A stretch of 64,000 nt of DNA from the human T2T-CHM13v2.0 reference genome, Homo sapiens. Location: assembly GCF_009914755.1 (NCBI RefSeq), contig NC_060940.1; one strand, given 5' to 3'. Position numbers and translations under genes: made by a program. A model generated the notes under the pieces. It saw nothing but the letters and a program-made list of their open reading frames with translations, was not told the DNA's origin and ran no database searches. The number at the start of each line of letters is the position of its first letter. The stretch's first letter is position 1. Of this stretch, positions 60,761 to 64,000 are shown piece by piece.

Positions 60761-61749
60761 TTATCTGCTTATCTTTTCCTTTGTGTCTTAGCTCATGAAT
60801 CCGTATATGTCTCCTGCACACGGTTGCTGGTTTGGAGCCTTTTGGGGTCTGTTTTCTGATCATCCATCCAGCAAGAGACCTTTACTCAACTGCTGTTCAA
60901 AATTTATGACACTGTGTCATCTCCAGCAGACAATTTGGCCATAATTTAACATTTGTGTCCTTTCAAATAACTCAAATGCTTTTTTTTCATTGTCCTAGAT
61001 GCCCTATTTGGGAGGCAGGGATGGGAAAGACATGCCTGGGTTTGCTTTGGCTTTGTTTGAGCCAGTTGCTGAGAAGTAGTATATATTTTGTTCAGCTCAT
61101 CTGTCTTTCCAGCTTTTGATCAATAGCAGAGTATGTGTTTTTTATCCAAAAACTAACCAAATGTATTCAACAGATTATACATTAATTTTACCATCATGAC
61201 ATCGTATGAACAGATAATCCACAAAAAAGCTCCATATTTCCTAAAAGTGAATTTAATTATAAGTAGTAATGTGTGCTGGAGAATTATAATTATGAAAAGT
61301 CATGTTCTGTAAGTCTGAAATGACAGATTATATTTCAAAGGCTTATTGCAGAGGAATTAAAGGACCCAATTTATTAGTTGTAAATGTATGATTATTGCAG
61401 CTTTGCTTTACACACACACACACATGCAATCACAGTATATTCTAGCTGGATTTAATACTTATAATCCTTTCGACAAGAACTGTATTTTGCACCAAAAGCT
61501 GCCACTCCATTAATTTGTTTGTGAGACATAGACAGGCAACTAATCTTTGCCTTTTGATTCCTGAATAGCAATAATTTCAAGTACTTTGTGGGCATGTTTT
61601 GTGCCCCTTACTCCCATCCCCACAAAGTGATTAAGAAGTTGACATGGATTGAAGAACAGAAATATTATTGCCCAAAAAGAAACAGAGAGGGTCTCATGAA
61701 GGCTGGGAGGTGCTGAGGCTGCAAAGGACTTGGGCCTGGGCTATTTGTT

Positions 61750-61970
61750 CATATAACGAATATTTATTGAACGTCTGCTATGTTCTAGGCACCATACTAA
61801 GTATATTCTACCTGCTACCTCAATTGAGCCTCTCAGAACAACACTCGAAGGTAGATATATTGTAAACTTATTTCACAGATGGGGAAACTGAGGCCCAAAG
61901 AAATCATCAACTAACCTGCCCAGGGTAACCGAGTTCAAGAGTGGTGGAGGCAAGACGTGAATGCAGGTGT
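61750..61970 (-). mobile_element. MIR
   Basis: tttcacagatggggaaactgaggccca. Confidence 0.8.
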
Positions 61971-62545
61971 GTTGGTGAAAACACACATTTCAGGGCAGTC
62001 TGGCACATCTACAGCCGCATCAGGTGGAGTAAGAGGGCTGTGTTTATAACACTCTCAAAGACAGAGCTGGGGAAGGAGGAGTCAATTGTGCTGGGTCAAG
62101 ATGTGAAGGATGGCATCAAGGGAAGCCCAAAAGGATAGAGTGAGACATTGTAGGCACAACATTGAGCCACACCCTGAAGGAGAAGAAAGTTTCTCCAGGC
62201 ACAGAAAGAGTATTCCTGGCAGAAGGAACAGGTTGCAAAGTAGACAGGTTCAGAAGAACATAAAGAAAAAGGGCCTTGTGTTTGCAAAGGTGTGACAAGG
62301 ACTTAGGGTGTAAGGGAGAGCTGAGGAGAGGGACAAAAGGCAGAGGCAGGAGGTAAGCCTGGAATAGTCCATGGCAAAAAGCCTTTACTGCCAAGCTAAG
62401 GAGTTTAGTTTTCTCCTGTAGACAATGGGGAGCCAGTTCATGAGCATGAGTTGGTTGTATTGGAGGACGAGATGGTCAACTCACTTGCCTACAGGGCCAA
62501 GTAGGTAAGAGATATGAAAGACAGACCTAGTGAGATTGGGTTCAG

Positions 62546-62830
<285 letters not shown>

Positions 62831-62940
62831 CAGAAACAGCACATCCTAACAGTAACCATCCTGAAAGGATGGTTCCTATTTTGTTTCAGTTTACTGTGGA
62901 TACTGGGAATTTGCTAAGAAAGGCTAGAAATACTAGTGAC

Positions 62941-63417
62941 TTGGTAGACTGATGGCAAAAATAGCCCCAATCTTCCACGTCTTCAAACTTTTTATAAGTG
63001 ACTTTGTACCCTCTCCCATTGCAAGCTAGAGTCTATTTTCCCACCCATTGAATCTGCTGTGACTCACTGAGTGTGTCAGAAGCAAAGTTGTGTCTGTTCT
63101 GAGCCTAGGCTTCAAGTGGCCTTGCACATTTCCATCCTCTGCCTTGGAAGCCGCCTCCACCGTGAAGACAAGCCCAGGCTGCACTGCTGGGGACCAGAGC
63201 CCACACAGAGCAGAGCCACGCCATCCCATGGGCTGCATAGACCTGCCCAGCTCGGCTGACCCATCAGCTCTGCAGATGAAAGAGAGCCCAGCCCAGATCA
63301 GCTAAGCCTGGATCAGCAGAACCACCCAGCCAGCCTGTAGACTAATTTTAAAAAAATGTTGTATGAAACCATTATGCTTTGGAGTGGTTTGTTAGGCAGC
63401 AACAGCTAACTGATATA
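62941..63417 (+). mobile_element. MLT1G/H-like LTR
   Basis: gagtctattt.cccaccc.ttgaatctg...ttctgagcctagg...gagcccagcccagatcag...gcaacagctaactgata. Confidence 0.75.
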
Positions 63418-63448
63418 GCAACTAATTCATGTTTTAAAAAGCAGCTCA

Positions 63449-63801
<353 letters not shown>

Positions 63802-64000
63802 TCAGAGACTCAGTCAACAGCATTTCTGGTTCAACAAGCATCAAAACTAGCTGAGTTCTAGGTCACTGGGGTGGGGCAGAGGAGAGGTCTAAGGACATTT
63901 CACACCCTGACACCAGTCTGTCCTTTTCTTGGGGGTTATTTCCAACCACAGACTCCTTTGCAGCCTCAGAATCCCCGAAAGCAGCTCTCCCAGGCCCCAC

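Overview
Primate (human-like) non-coding genomic DNA, either intergenic or deep intronic. I find no credible protein-coding exon, tRNA, rRNA or CRISPR array. The supplied ORFs are short and are explained by Alu, L1, L2, LTR or simple-repeat sequence, or are chance ORFs. A large share of the window is interspersed repeat: 19 Alu/FLAM copies (two AluY), many old MIR and L2 fragments, L1M fragments, solo LTRs (THE1, MST/MLT1, MLT2, LTR16/33/41-like) and DNA-transposon fossils (MER5, MER53, MER58, MER94, MER102, MER113, Charlie4a, Tigger2a/3/4a, MER46C), often nested with visible target-site duplications. Repeat family names come from my recall of consensus sequences, not a database search, and the edges of old elements are approximate. 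Between repeats are several repeat-poor, motif-dense islands that look like candidate developmental enhancers. I cannot support a novel multi-gene system. The best leads are small: a tandem duplication that creates two perfect p53 half-sites, an NRF1/Z-DNA CpG tract, a possible ancient MIR+MER113 duplication with paired AP-1 sites, an ~80-bp minisatellite with ABAB higher-order structure, an intact DUX4 site in a THE1 LTR and an ancient amniote SINE/L2-type tail. The locus cannot be identified from sequence alone.
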